Assembly (NCBI GenBank): GCA_003265975.1
Contig: QFBU01000002.1
Coordinates: 3,661-67,660 of the forward strand
Direction of reading: 5' to 3'
DNA: 64,000 nucleotides
Origin: Candidatus Marinamargulisbacteria bacterium SCGC AAA071-K20
GTDB lineage: Bacteria; Margulisbacteria; Marinamargulisbacteria; GCA-2716485; AAA071-K20
Shown here: positions 9,710 through 19,245 of the stretch, piece by piece
Layout: each line of letters starts with the position of its first letter
Numbering within the stretch: the first letter of the stretch is position 1
Translations under genes and position numbers: made by a program
Notes under the pieces: generated by a model
The model's input: only the letters and a program-made list of their open reading frames with translations
The model's database searches: none
Told to the model about the DNA's origin: nothing

Positions 9710-9771
9710 AGTCGATATACGATAGCATTTTTATTAAAAAAAACAAAGCTCTCATGGCTAAAGAGGTAGGC

Positions 9772-10893
9772 TCAAAATGAAATTATTTTACTAGTCTTAT
9801 ACTTAGAGTCAAATACACTAGTTGCGCTTAGTTTAATGTCTAAAAAATTGGGGGCTTCTATTAAAAACTGATGGGTTCCAGATTTCATAAATTCTTTATT
9901 TAGAAAGGACTTTCTTCTGTGTTGTTCGTTTAACTCAATAGATACGAGTGAAGGAGAGGTTAGCGTGAAGTGTAAAATACTTGCCGTCTTTTGATTGCTT
10001 TTTGAGATAGTATTGAGTGACAATTTAGTAAATTGAGGCGATTCGGCCATTGTCCAAGTGGTTTGTTCGTTGGTAAACACTACTATTCCCAGAGAGTCGT
10101 ATAAAAAAAAGCCTTCAATACGGTTATCTTTCGTCTTAATTGGAGTGCTAAGTAAAAACTGTCCTTGGCTTGTAAATTGATCAATTTGATTATTAGGCGT
10201 TAAGAGGAAAATGTCTTCGTAAAAATTGACGCCTAAATGTGAGTATTTTTTTGATAGTGGAAATTGAGTGATTAAAAACCCATTTTCAGACAAGATATAA
10301 AGCATATCATTGGTGAGTATAAATAATGAGTTATGCTGGCTTAATTTAAAATCTATGATTTTTTTGTGATGGAGAGTTCTTTGTATCGTTTTTTCTAGTG
10401 GTATATTTCTCTCAAAATGCTTTTCATATACTGTAAAAGTATTGTTTTTACTTAATACATAAAGTTGTTCCTTGGTGTTAAATGCACATTTAGTGGGATA
10501 AGTAATAATTAATCTTTTTATAAACGTAGGTTTAAAGAGGACCTGGGTCATTTTAAAGAGGACTACATTATTTTGCTTAGCTTCTGTGATGGCTATAAGC
10601 CCGTTTTTGGATCCTGTAATATGAGTTGGTTGTTGCACAATATCTTTAGGAAATGGGTGTAAATTAACACTTAAAAGTGGAAGCAACTGTGAATAAATGG
10701 CGGTGTTACTGATGTGATCAATTCCGAGGCCGAGACCATACCCTTTAGGCCACCAAAAAGGACGTAGGGGTGGGCTAATATTTACTCCGCTGATTTGTGT
10801 AAGCGTTTTAATATTAGCTTTGAGAAATGTGTCTTTATGATCAGAATAGTTAAATACACGCTCTGTGGTAATTGCATTACTACAAACAGTCAA
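9772..10893 (-). CDS. Hypothetical exported/lipoprotein-like protein (the start may lie upstream of the TTG used by the track)
   Basis: 373-aa ORF from TTG 10893. The in-frame upstream codons read RRIITSFKIATLGLISILTVCSNA, a signal-peptide/lipobox-like sequence with no canonical start codon (see findings). I recognise no catalytic motif. The protein ends in ...IISF. Confidence 0.55.
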   Translation of the reverse strand: MTVCSNAITTERVFNYSDHKDTFLKANIKTLTQISGVNISPPLRPFWWPKGYGLGLGIDHISNTAIYSQLLPLLSVNLHPFPKDIVQQPTHITGSKNGLIAITEAKQNNVVLFKMTQVLFKPTFIKRLIITYPTKCAFNTKEQLYVLSKNNTFTVYEKHFERNIPLEKTIQRTLHHKKIIDFKLSQHNSLFILTNDMLYILSENGFLITQFPLSKKYSHLGVNFYEDIFLLTPNNQIDQFTSQGQFLLSTPIKTKDNRIEGFFLYDSLGIVVFTNEQTTWTMAESPQFTKLSLNTISKSNQKTASILHFTLTSPSLVSIELNEQHRRKSFLNKEFMKSGTHQFLIEAPNFLDIKLSATSVFDSKYKTSKIISF

Positions 10894-10916
10894 AATACTT
10901 ATTAAACCAAGAGTCG

Positions 10917-11240
10917 CTATTTTAAATGAGGTGATAATTCTTCTTCAAAAGCAGCTTGAGGTTTAAATCCAATAACTCTGTGAACTTCTTTTCCGCCTTT
11001 AAATAAAATACAGCAGGGGATACTAGAAATATCAAATTCTTGTGCAATTTCTTGGTTTTCATCAGTATTAAGCTTGTATACATCTAGCTTGTCTTTAAAT
11101 GTATTGCTTACGGCTTCAATAGTAGGAGCTAGCATTCTACATGGGCCACACCATTCCGCCCAAAAATCTACAAGTACATACTTGTCAGCTTCAAGAACAT
11201 TAGTTTTAAATTCTGAGGTAGTTACATTATTTACAGCCAT
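10917..11240 (-). CDS. trxA: Thioredoxin
   Basis: 107 aa with the active site WAEWCGPCRMLAP. Confidence 0.93.
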   Translation of the reverse strand: MAVNNVTTSEFKTNVLEADKYVLVDFWAEWCGPCRMLAPTIEAVSNTFKDKLDVYKLNTDENQEIAQEFDISSIPCCILFKGGKEVHRVIGFKPQAAFEEELSPHLK

Positions 11241-11297
11241 TCTTGTTCTCCTTATTTAGCATATGCTTTGTTAACCATTGCTAAGAATATTTTAAAG

Positions 11298-12425
11298 TTA
11301 GGGAGAAATCTTGTCAATCTGGGAGAAAGCATAATTATCCGTCATCCCTGCAATGTAGTCGGTTATAATTCTAGATTTATTTTTGGAGGTGAGATGGTCT
11401 TTAAAGGAATCGGGGAGTTTGTTTGTATTGTTTTCGTAATATTTAAAAAGTGAATTAATGGTGTCTTGTCCTTTTTTATTCATATCTTTTACTGAACTAT
11501 GTTGGTATAGGTGTTGATGTAGATAGGTTCTCAGCTCTTTATTCTTTTCAGCCATTTCAGGTGAAAAACTTATGATTGTGATCTCGTTTTGATATACATC
11601 ATTTAAAGTCTCTATCTTTTCATTTTTGATATTAGCCTTACTTTTCCAAAATACATCTTCAATTTGCATGGTAATTATAGTGCTATTTATGAGATGTTGG
11701 AGTTGATGAGTAGACAAATTACTATATTCTTTCTTTACAATAGCTTTAGCGTCTCTTATCAATGTAATGCTTTCTAGAGTGTTTAGGTTTAAAATTTCTG
11801 AGCTAATTCCGTCATCAATATCGTGATTGTTATATGCAATTTCGTCAGCGATATTTGTCACTTGAGACTCTAGAGAATTGTAGTTCTCTACTGGAGAGTC
11901 TAAATGTTTCCATAATCGCGCTTTGTGTTTTAGGAGAAGTCCTGCTCTAACTTCAAAACTTAAATTTAGACCAGGAAATGATGGGTATTTATTTTCGATT
12001 TTATCTACAACTCTTAAGCTTTGTACATTATGTTCAAAGCCACCGTGATCTTTCATTAAACTATTTAATACACGTTCACCGGCATGACCAAATGGAGAAT
12101 GGCCTAAATCGTGAGCTAAGGCTATGGCCTCTACTAGATCTTCATTGAGACGTAGCATTCTGGCTAAATTTCTTGAAAGTTGAGAGACCTCAAGGGTATG
12201 TGTTAACCGAGATCGATAATGATCTGAAATAGAGATAATAAATACCTGGGTTTTTCGTTTTAAGCGTCTAAATGCTTTTGAATGGATAATTCTGTCTCGA
12301 TCACGTTGAAAATGAGTTCTTGTTGAAGAAACAGGCTCCTCATGAAGCCTACCAATACTAGTCTTACTTTTACTAGCATAAGGAGCGAGAATAGACTCTT
12401 CTAGATTTTCTAAATAGTCTCTCAA
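11298..12425 (-). CDS. dgt: dGTP triphosphohydrolase-like HD-domain protein
   Basis: FQRDRDRIIHSKAFRRLKRKTQVF, RLTHTLEVSQ and AHDLGHSPFGHAGE are Dgt-family HD motifs. The TTG start lies 3 nt after the tsf stop. Confidence 0.85.
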   Translation of the reverse strand: MRDYLENLEESILAPYASKSKTSIGRLHEEPVSSTRTHFQRDRDRIIHSKAFRRLKRKTQVFIISISDHYRSRLTHTLEVSQLSRNLARMLRLNEDLVEAIALAHDLGHSPFGHAGERVLNSLMKDHGGFEHNVQSLRVVDKIENKYPSFPGLNLSFEVRAGLLLKHKARLWKHLDSPVENYNSLESQVTNIADEIAYNNHDIDDGISSEILNLNTLESITLIRDAKAIVKKEYSNLSTHQLQHLINSTIITMQIEDVFWKSKANIKNEKIETLNDVYQNEITIISFSPEMAEKNKELRTYLHQHLYQHSSVKDMNKKGQDTINSLFKYYENNTNKLPDSFKDHLTSKNKSRIITDYIAGMTDNYAFSQIDKISP

Positions 12426-12428
12426 GGC

Positions 12429-13247
12429 TTAGCCAATTGAAAAACGAGTAAAGTCCTCTATAGTTACTTGATTGGGAAGAATTTCTTTAATGGCTTTTTT
12501 ATCATCCATTATAAAAGGTTGTTCTAGTAAACATACTTCTTTGTAATATTTAGCAATTCGACCTTCAACAATCTTTTCAATGACTTGATCAGGACGGCCT
12601 TCGTTTTTAGCTTGCTGTCTAATAATGTCTCTTTCTTTATCAATCTCATCTTTATCAACAGTTGCTGAAGATACATAAGTTGGGTTAGAAGCGGCTACTT
12701 GCATAGCTACAGACTTACCAATACCTTCTTCTACACTTCCTGAGAAAGATACGGCTGTTCCAATTTTCCCGTTTGAGTGAATATAGCTATGAATTGGAGC
12801 TTCACTAGAAATTCTTTTGAATTTTCCAACGCCAATTTTTTCGCCAAGTTTTACAGTGTATTCAGAAATAAGATCGTCATAGTTTTTTCCGTCGAAAGAT
12901 ATTTCAGAAAGGTCATCACTAGATTTAATGTTGTTGTTTTCGAGAACGCTCTTAGCTACTTTGTTACCAAAGTCTAGGAATTCGTTATTACTAGCTACAA
13001 AGTCAGTTTCACAATTTACTTCGATAACTAGTGATTGTTTTTGGTCACTTGCAGATTGAATAAAAATACGACCTTCATTTGCTGAACGATCAGCTTTTTT
13101 AGAGGCTGTTGCAAGTCCTTTTTCTCTTAAAAATTTAATAGATTCTTCTATGTTTCCGTTTGATTCTAAAAGTGCCTTTTTACAGTTCATTAAACCTGCA
13201 CCGGTTTTTTGACGTAACTCTTTTACTAAGGATGCGCTGATGTCCAT
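12429..13247 (-). CDS. tsf: Translation elongation factor Ts
   Basis: The N-terminus MDISASLVKELRQKTGAGLMNCKKALLESNGNIEESIKFLREKG is the EF-Ts UBA-like domain. It follows rpsB in the conserved rpsB-tsf order. Confidence 0.93.
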   Translation of the reverse strand: MDISASLVKELRQKTGAGLMNCKKALLESNGNIEESIKFLREKGLATASKKADRSANEGRIFIQSASDQKQSLVIEVNCETDFVASNNEFLDFGNKVAKSVLENNNIKSSDDLSEISFDGKNYDDLISEYTVKLGEKIGVGKFKRISSEAPIHSYIHSNGKIGTAVSFSGSVEEGIGKSVAMQVAASNPTYVSSATVDKDEIDKERDIIRQQAKNEGRPDQVIEKIVEGRIAKYYKEVCLLEQPFIMDDKKAIKEILPNQVTIEDFTRFSIG

Positions 13248-13279
13248 TTTATAAGCTCCTTTACCTCTGTTGGTTGGAA

Positions 13280-14149
13280 TTATTTGTTGTCTTTTTTATC
13301 TTCAGTAACTACTTTAGTAGTCTGATTAGCTTCTGCAGTTTTTAGAGCTGCTTTTGCCATTTGTTCTTCAGCTTGTTTCATAGATTCTTGACTTGAAAGT
13401 TTTTGACCATCTAAAACAGCGTTTGCAAAAATTGAACAAAGTAACTTAACGGCTCTAATAGCATCGTCGTTTGCAGGGATTGGAAAATCAACTTCAGTCG
13501 GATCAGCATTTGTGTCAACAATACCAATGATAGGAATGTTAAGGATTCTTGCTTCTTGAATTGCTAACTGCTCTTTTTTTGTATCAATTACAAAAATAGC
13601 CGATGGAATTTGAATCATGTCTTTAATTCCATTTAAGTAATAAGAGAGTCTAGTATGTTTCTTTGTTTTTTTAGAAGCTTCTTTGTTTGAAAGCTCATTT
13701 ATTGAACCGTCTTCAATTTGACGCGATAAATCTTTTAATTTGTTTATGCTTTGTCTAATTGTAGCGATATTTGTAAGTGTTCCACCTAACCAACGATGTT
13801 GAACATATGGCATTGAACAACGTTCAGCTTCTGATTGAATAGATTCTTGTGCTTGTTTCTTAGTTCCAACGAACAGAACGGTTCCACCTGACTTAACAAG
13901 TTCAGTTACAAAATGATACGCTTCCTTTATAAGGACAATTGACTGTTGAAGGTCAATCACGTGAATTCCGTTTCTTGATGTGAAAATATATTTCTTCATT
14001 TTTGGGTTCCAACGTTTAGTTTGGTGTCCAAAATGTACACCACATTCTAAAAGTTGGCGCATGCTAACTATATTAGGATTAGCGTTAGTATTTTCTTCTG
14101 GTCTATCAGTTCGTCTATCTTTAGTCGCTGTTTCTTTTTCGTTACTCAA
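13280..14149 (-). CDS. rpsB: 30S ribosomal protein S2 (with a ~29-aa charged N-terminal extension if TTG 14149 is used)
   Basis: SMRQLLECGVHFGHQTKRWNPKM is the S2 signature. TTG 14149 has GAGG 9 nt upstream, whereas the internal ATG 14062 has no SD, so I keep the longer form. Confidence 0.92.
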   Translation of the reverse strand: MSNEKETATKDRRTDRPEENTNANPNIVSMRQLLECGVHFGHQTKRWNPKMKKYIFTSRNGIHVIDLQQSIVLIKEAYHFVTELVKSGGTVLFVGTKKQAQESIQSEAERCSMPYVQHRWLGGTLTNIATIRQSINKLKDLSRQIEDGSINELSNKEASKKTKKHTRLSYYLNGIKDMIQIPSAIFVIDTKKEQLAIQEARILNIPIIGIVDTNADPTEVDFPIPANDDAIRAVKLLCSIFANAVLDGQKLSSQESMKQAEEQMAKAALKTAEANQTTKVVTEDKKDNK

Positions 14150-14199
14150 GTTTATTACCTCGTGCTTTCATTTTAAGGAAGTGAATTTTAATCCATTAC

Positions 14200-14222
14200 A
14201 CCCTCAAAGTCAACCCTCAAAG
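14200..14222. repeat. Tandem direct repeat ACCCTCAAAG x2 (13-bp period) in the rpsB / response-regulator divergent intergenic region
   Basis: ACCCTCAAAG at 14200-14209 and again at 14213-14222, separated by TCA, about 47 nt upstream of ATG 14269. This is GC-richer than the surrounding sequence. Confidence 0.35.
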
Positions 14223-14268
14223 AGAGCAGTATAACGTCGTTATTCTAACTTTCCCTTCTAAGAAGCAT

Positions 14269-15510
14269 ATGATAAAGTATTCAGCTATGGCAAAACCACT
14301 AGTATTGATTGTTGAAGAGGATGCTATAAAGCGGGCAAATATTGCTTCATTTCTTAGTAATTATAGGATTCTTGAGGCTAGCGATTATTTAGAAGCCAAG
14401 CGATTAGTAAAACTAAACTTCTTAAAATTGCGTATTATTCTTTGTAACTATTATATAGATGGTAAACAAGTCCATTCTTTTATTGAGAGTGTTTCAAAAA
14501 TTAGTCATGTACCAAGAGTGATTGTATTTTCTAACAAGCAACCTGTTGGTGATGTCGTCTCTGTAATAAAAGCAGGCGCCTATGATTATATGGTTCAACC
14601 ACTAACAGGACAAAAGGTTCAACAAGTTGTGGCCTCTTCTATAGACATCCTTTCATTAATAGAAAAAGAAGACGAATTAGATATCCTTTCACAAATAGGC
14701 ATTAAGGAGAGAGTACTGAATAATCTTCAAATGGCAAAATGTCATAGAGAAGGCAAAACAGTAAATACAGAAGACATTTTAACGATGTGTCCAAAATTAA
14801 AAGAACAATCTAACGTAGATATTAATAACTTCCAAAAAGAAATATTTCAATTTTCAGAAAATAAACTTAAAACATTAAGAAAAGCAAAAGTTTTAATAAT
14901 AGAAGACGAGTCTATGTACAGATTAATGCTTTCTCAGATATTGAGTGATAAATATGAAGTATTTGAGGCTGGAACAGGTGCTGAGGCAGTTAATGTATTA
15001 AAGAAAGAGCATAATATTGATGTTGTTCTTTTAGATATTTTTCTTCCTGATGTTACAGGTGACGAATTAGTTTCACATATTAAATCTTTAAACAAAAAAG
15101 CTGAAATTATTATTTTAACTGCTTACGAACGTGTTGATAAAGCTGTTAACTCGTTAAAATCTGGCGCGTTTGAGTATATTAATAAGCCGGTATTGAAGGT
15201 TGACTTGATGGATGCTATTTCTAGAGCGCTAGATAGACGATATCAAGATTCAGTTTTCCCTGAATTTAGTAAAAAGTTTTTATTAAACCTTTTGTCTGAT
15301 GAAGTTAAAATGGGTATGTTACAAAAACATTGTAAAAATAAAGTAGACAGTAAAGAAGTCGTTCTGATGAAAGATATCTATACGTTTTTTCCTAAGCTTA
15401 AAGATACTTATATTCCAGATACTTTAGCTGTTCCTAAAAATGTAATTGCCTCTGATATTCAAAAATTTGTTTCAGATCTTCAAAAACAAGTTGTTTCGTT
15501 AGACTCTTAA
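14269..15510 (+). CDS. Double-receiver response regulator (degenerate REC1 + canonical REC2), no recognisable output domain
   Basis: REC2 has KVLIIEDE, VVLLDIFLPDVTGDEL, IIILTAY and YINKP. REC1 has LIVEED but RIILCNYYIDG (Asn at the acceptor position) and YMVQP (Gln for the conserved Lys). Each REC is followed by a similar tail motif (TEDILTMCPKLKEQS / MKDIYTFFPKLKDTY). Confidence 0.8.
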   Translation: MIKYSAMAKPLVLIVEEDAIKRANIASFLSNYRILEASDYLEAKRLVKLNFLKLRIILCNYYIDGKQVHSFIESVSKISHVPRVIVFSNKQPVGDVVSVIKAGAYDYMVQPLTGQKVQQVVASSIDILSLIEKEDELDILSQIGIKERVLNNLQMAKCHREGKTVNTEDILTMCPKLKEQSNVDINNFQKEIFQFSENKLKTLRKAKVLIIEDESMYRLMLSQILSDKYEVFEAGTGAEAVNVLKKEHNIDVVLLDIFLPDVTGDELVSHIKSLNKKAEIIILTAYERVDKAVNSLKSGAFEYINKPVLKVDLMDAISRALDRRYQDSVFPEFSKKFLLNLLSDEVKMGMLQKHCKNKVDSKEVVLMKDIYTFFPKLKDTYIPDTLAVPKNVIASDIQKFVSDLQKQVVSLDS

Positions 15511-15511
15511 T

Positions 15512-16810
15512 TTAATCTTTGCAGGGCAAGTAGATACTAAATGTAGTTGATTTTCCTTGAACAGACTCGACTTCAATAGTTCCTTCTAAATCATCAATCG
15601 TTTTTAGTACAATAGAAAGCCCAAGACCAATATTTCCATACTTTGAAGAATAGAATGGGTCATATATTTTTTCAATAGTGTCGTCGTCCATCCCTGTGCC
15701 AGTGTCTTTGATTGATACTTTGACCGCCGACTTAGTTTTAAGTGGATGATTTGTAATAGCTTTTGATGTTGTGATGGTAATGGTGCCGTTGCTGTCTATG
15801 GCTTGAATACTATTTAAAATTAGATTTAAGAATACTTGGTGTAAGCTATCCGCATGAGTTGAAATACTTGGAATGTTTTTGGCGTGTTTAATGTCTATTG
15901 TGATGTGTCTTTTTTTGCATTCAGCGAAAGCCACTTTAGTAGCGTTATCAACAATGTCACTAATTTTGGAATCCTGTTTCTTTTTAGAAACGAGAGAACC
16001 ATAGTTAAGCATGGTTGTGGTAATTGATTTTAACCGTAAAATATTTTCTTTAACTAGTTCTGCAAACTTTAGGGTTTGTTTTTTATCATCAATAGTATCT
16101 ATTATTAGTTCCATTCCAGACAAAATCATAGCCATTGGGTTTTTAATTTCATGGGCAATACCTCTACTTAAAGTCGCGAACGCGTTTTGTTGAGACGCTT
16201 TTTCTAACATCATTTTTCTTTCTTGGGCTTCTTTGAGAGCTTTTTTTAATAAAATCTCAGACTTTATATATTCGTTTTTAAACGCTCTGGTTGCAAGAAT
16301 AATAATTGAAAAAGAAAAGAGAGCCATTGTCGAAAAGATTAGGGTGTAATACCAGTTAATATGTAGATCTATAGGATTGAATTTACTGTAACTGTATTCG
16401 GTGAAGAAGTAAGACACTATTGGGAGCGTAATGTTTAACTTTATGTGAATTTGTTGATGTTGTTTGAAAATAACGAAGGGTGTTACTAGCAATGCAAAAA
16501 AAACAAGATAAATCCCTGCTTCTTTTCCTAAAATAATTGAGTAAAATATTAATGCTATATTTGATGAAACGAGTAATACATACTTAGCCGTAGTTTCCTT
16601 TTTATAATAATTTAAAATAATAGTAGATAAAAAAAGGATATTGAAAGGAATTGTAGATAAGCTTAGTAAGGGTTCAGACATCCATCTAAAAATATATAGA
16701 TATGGATGTGCGACTATAAAATATAGAAGTGCTATTTCATTTGTAATTTTTGTCTGTCTAACAGAGTTGAATATATATTTCTGATATAGGTGGCTAAAAA
16801 AAGTAATCAT
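15512..16810 (-). CDS. Sensor histidine kinase with a multi-pass membrane N-terminal domain
   Basis: About 6 hydrophobic helices in the first ~190 aa. H-box LSRGIAHEIKNPM, N-box FLNLILNSIQA, G-boxes IKDTGTGMDDD and GNIGLGLSIV. Its stop is 1 nt from the stop of the convergent regulator. Confidence 0.87.
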   Translation of the reverse strand: MITFFSHLYQKYIFNSVRQTKITNEIALLYFIVAHPYLYIFRWMSEPLLSLSTIPFNILFLSTIILNYYKKETTAKYVLLVSSNIALIFYSIILGKEAGIYLVFFALLVTPFVIFKQHQQIHIKLNITLPIVSYFFTEYSYSKFNPIDLHINWYYTLIFSTMALFSFSIIILATRAFKNEYIKSEILLKKALKEAQERKMMLEKASQQNAFATLSRGIAHEIKNPMAMILSGMELIIDTIDDKKQTLKFAELVKENILRLKSITTTMLNYGSLVSKKKQDSKISDIVDNATKVAFAECKKRHITIDIKHAKNIPSISTHADSLHQVFLNLILNSIQAIDSNGTITITTSKAITNHPLKTKSAVKVSIKDTGTGMDDDTIEKIYDPFYSSKYGNIGLGLSIVLKTIDDLEGTIEVESVQGKSTTFSIYLPCKD

Positions 16811-16821
16811 TATATAAAAAA

Positions 16822-19245
16822 TTATGTAGTCGTAGCGTTAATGTATCTTAAAGACATAAATGGTCTAAGTTCTTCTTTAGTTGTGTTAGGTAAGTCAATA
16901 TATGGAGGCAGGTCTCCGTACCATATTCGTTGACCTAACATTCCTCTTAAGAGAATAGATCCCAATTGAGGCGCTTTTTCAGGGGTTTTAAGAGTTGATG
17001 ATGCATAGTGACCGTAACTTTTATTGAAAATATAAAGCGTATTTGCAAACTTCTCTTGAAGTGCCTGAGCCGATAAAGAAAGGGCTCTTTTTGCAGTTGC
17101 CCCTTCAAGATTTGAGGCATTAACTAAATTAATAAAGTTATCATACTGTAATGGAGAAAATAATTTTTCTCCAGTACTATCACTATCTCTTGCTCGCTTT
17201 AAGAGCCCTCTAAATTCTTGCCCCCACTTTCCACTTATTTGATCCTCCATTGTATCTCTGTGTGCGAGAGCTGTATCTTTACTTACGGCACTTTTGAGGC
17301 ATTGCATTGCCATCATATATTTAAGTTGAACTTCTTCCGGTAACTTAGAGAAGATAATGGACCACATAACGTTACCATCAAAAGTTCCATCATCAGAATC
17401 TTTTTTTAAAGATTTAAAATCATTTGCATAAATATAATCCCAATTTGTGGCTTGAAGCATATTAATAAAAGAAGGGTCTGTTAAGTCTGAATTGTCAATC
17501 AGTATCTTGCTATGTGCTAAAATTAGTCCCACGACTGCAATTACGGCGCCCGAGCTTTCTCTATCTTTTAATACATGATCTGCTGATTTTAGAGAAACGC
17601 CATTATTGGCAATGTTAGTAGTTCGGTCAGATACTTCAATGGGGTTTATTTTTAGATAGTTTGTAAAGTTATTGTAAGCAAATCTAAGTCTTTGTGTGGT
17701 CTTTTCCGGATTGGAATTTTCAGGGTCAATTAAAAGTCTATGTTGGTGTCCATTTTCGGCCCAAAGTTTTATGAGTCGTCCGTATATTCTAATCATTTTA
17801 TCTTTTTCATTATTATACTTTATTTTAACTGGCTCTAAAGAACTTTCTAGTGGGAATAGATCTTTTTGAACTAGAGTTAGTAACTCGGCCTCGGTATTTG
17901 TAAGTTTTTCTTTGCTCTTCTGTTTTGCAACATAAGAGTCGTAGTTTTCTCCGATTAGGCTTTTTTCCCAGTGTTCTATTACCTCCTCTACTTTTTCTCG
18001 ATAAAAAGACTCCTCTTGCACTTCGCCATCTTGAGTAGAAATAAAAGCTGCTTTGAACTCATCTACTAATTTACGGGTTAAAGAAAAACTATTTCCTTCT
18101 ATCGTGTCTAGTTTGTCGAATCTATCGTCTCCAATAAATAGTAGTGTTATGGTTGTTGTAACTTCTTTTACGGCCGCTGGATCCATATCTTCAGGACTTA
18201 TTAAAACGGCAAGTCCTCCAAAATTTGCCTCTCTAATTTTTTGCAATTTACCCGTTCTTTTTGGGTCCTCTGGACTAATAAAATTATCTTCATAATATTT
18301 TACGGCGTGTTCATTCATTTTTAATGCTCTATCGCAAGGTTTTAAGCTAGGAATGGGGAAATCGGAGTTTAATTTTGGCCAAGGCATTTGAAAAACCAGT
18401 TGACTATTTTTGTTGTATTTTGTTGATACTCTAGTATATGAATATTCAGGTTGTACACCATTAGCTCTTTCAATAGTTTCAGCTTTAGGCGCTATGTCTC
18501 TGGTTGTATCAAATGAATACCTTTTTAAAGCATTTCCGGTTCTACTATCTTGGGTATTATTGTATATCCGGTATAAAGAATATAACAGAGGTGCAAATTT
18601 CAAACCTTCTGTTAGGGGCGTATAAGAAAAAAAAGGAGCTATGGCAGTGGGCAGCATGGCCAAGGGCAAACCCTTTGTTAATGAAACTGCTGTAGGAATT
18701 AAACCAGCAAAAAGTGTGCCTGCATTTTTAAAGGTAACTGTAGCTTCGGCTAGGGTAGGAATATTAGAGCTAAGAAACTTAGCATGAATTCTTTTGGATA
18801 GTAATCTTTGAATTAGGTGGAGTAACATTAGGCTGTAAGCGCACTTTAGTGTTGTCTTTGCCTCCATCTTATCTTCTTGTGTTACAAATTTCTCTGCTTT
18901 ATTTATGATATTTTCTAAAAAGGGATCAGCTCTTAAAACCATTGGTCCTATCGTCTTAAAGTTTAGTGTAGAAGCGTTAGCTGTTGGTTCAGAGAGCAGG
19001 TCTTTTAGACTATTAACAGTCGCATCGACTAAATTAGATATAAGTGTGACTTTATTTTTTGAGGGTATATAGAAAGCTGTTAATATGGTATTCAACATAG
19101 TATGTAAATATTCTTTACACGCGGGTTGAGATCCAGTAAACCCTTCAAGGGTTGCTTCGCTTAAACCTTTAAAATCAGCCTCAATGTCCCTTTCCTGAGC
19201 TCCTGCAGTTTGAGGTACTGCTAAAATTTTATACGCCATGATCAC
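16822..19245 (-). CDS. Large (807-aa) hypothetical protein, no family recognised
   Basis: Long uninterrupted ORF (GTG 19245 or ATG 19239) ending 11 nt upstream of the kinase gene. No signal peptide. Two hydrophobic stretches: LFAGLIPTAVSLTKGLPLAMLPTAIAPFF and GAVIAVVGLILAH. The rest looks helical and charged. Confidence 0.6.
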   Translation of the reverse strand: MIMAYKILAVPQTAGAQERDIEADFKGLSEATLEGFTGSQPACKEYLHTMLNTILTAFYIPSKNKVTLISNLVDATVNSLKDLLSEPTANASTLNFKTIGPMVLRADPFLENIINKAEKFVTQEDKMEAKTTLKCAYSLMLLHLIQRLLSKRIHAKFLSSNIPTLAEATVTFKNAGTLFAGLIPTAVSLTKGLPLAMLPTAIAPFFSYTPLTEGLKFAPLLYSLYRIYNNTQDSRTGNALKRYSFDTTRDIAPKAETIERANGVQPEYSYTRVSTKYNKNSQLVFQMPWPKLNSDFPIPSLKPCDRALKMNEHAVKYYEDNFISPEDPKRTGKLQKIREANFGGLAVLISPEDMDPAAVKEVTTTITLLFIGDDRFDKLDTIEGNSFSLTRKLVDEFKAAFISTQDGEVQEESFYREKVEEVIEHWEKSLIGENYDSYVAKQKSKEKLTNTEAELLTLVQKDLFPLESSLEPVKIKYNNEKDKMIRIYGRLIKLWAENGHQHRLLIDPENSNPEKTTQRLRFAYNNFTNYLKINPIEVSDRTTNIANNGVSLKSADHVLKDRESSGAVIAVVGLILAHSKILIDNSDLTDPSFINMLQATNWDYIYANDFKSLKKDSDDGTFDGNVMWSIIFSKLPEEVQLKYMMAMQCLKSAVSKDTALAHRDTMEDQISGKWGQEFRGLLKRARDSDSTGEKLFSPLQYDNFINLVNASNLEGATAKRALSLSAQALQEKFANTLYIFNKSYGHYASSTLKTPEKAPQLGSILLRGMLGQRIWYGDLPPYIDLPNTTKEELRPFMSLRYINATTT

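Noticed and set aside
17398-18129. Terpene-synthase-like motifs in the 807-aa protein: DDRFD (nt 18115-18129) and NDFKSLKKD (nt 17398-17424)
   Set aside because: The two motifs are ~235 residues apart, versus ~140 in class I terpene synthases. The second ends in D rather than E. Both are short enough to occur by chance in an Asp/Lys-rich 807-aa protein.
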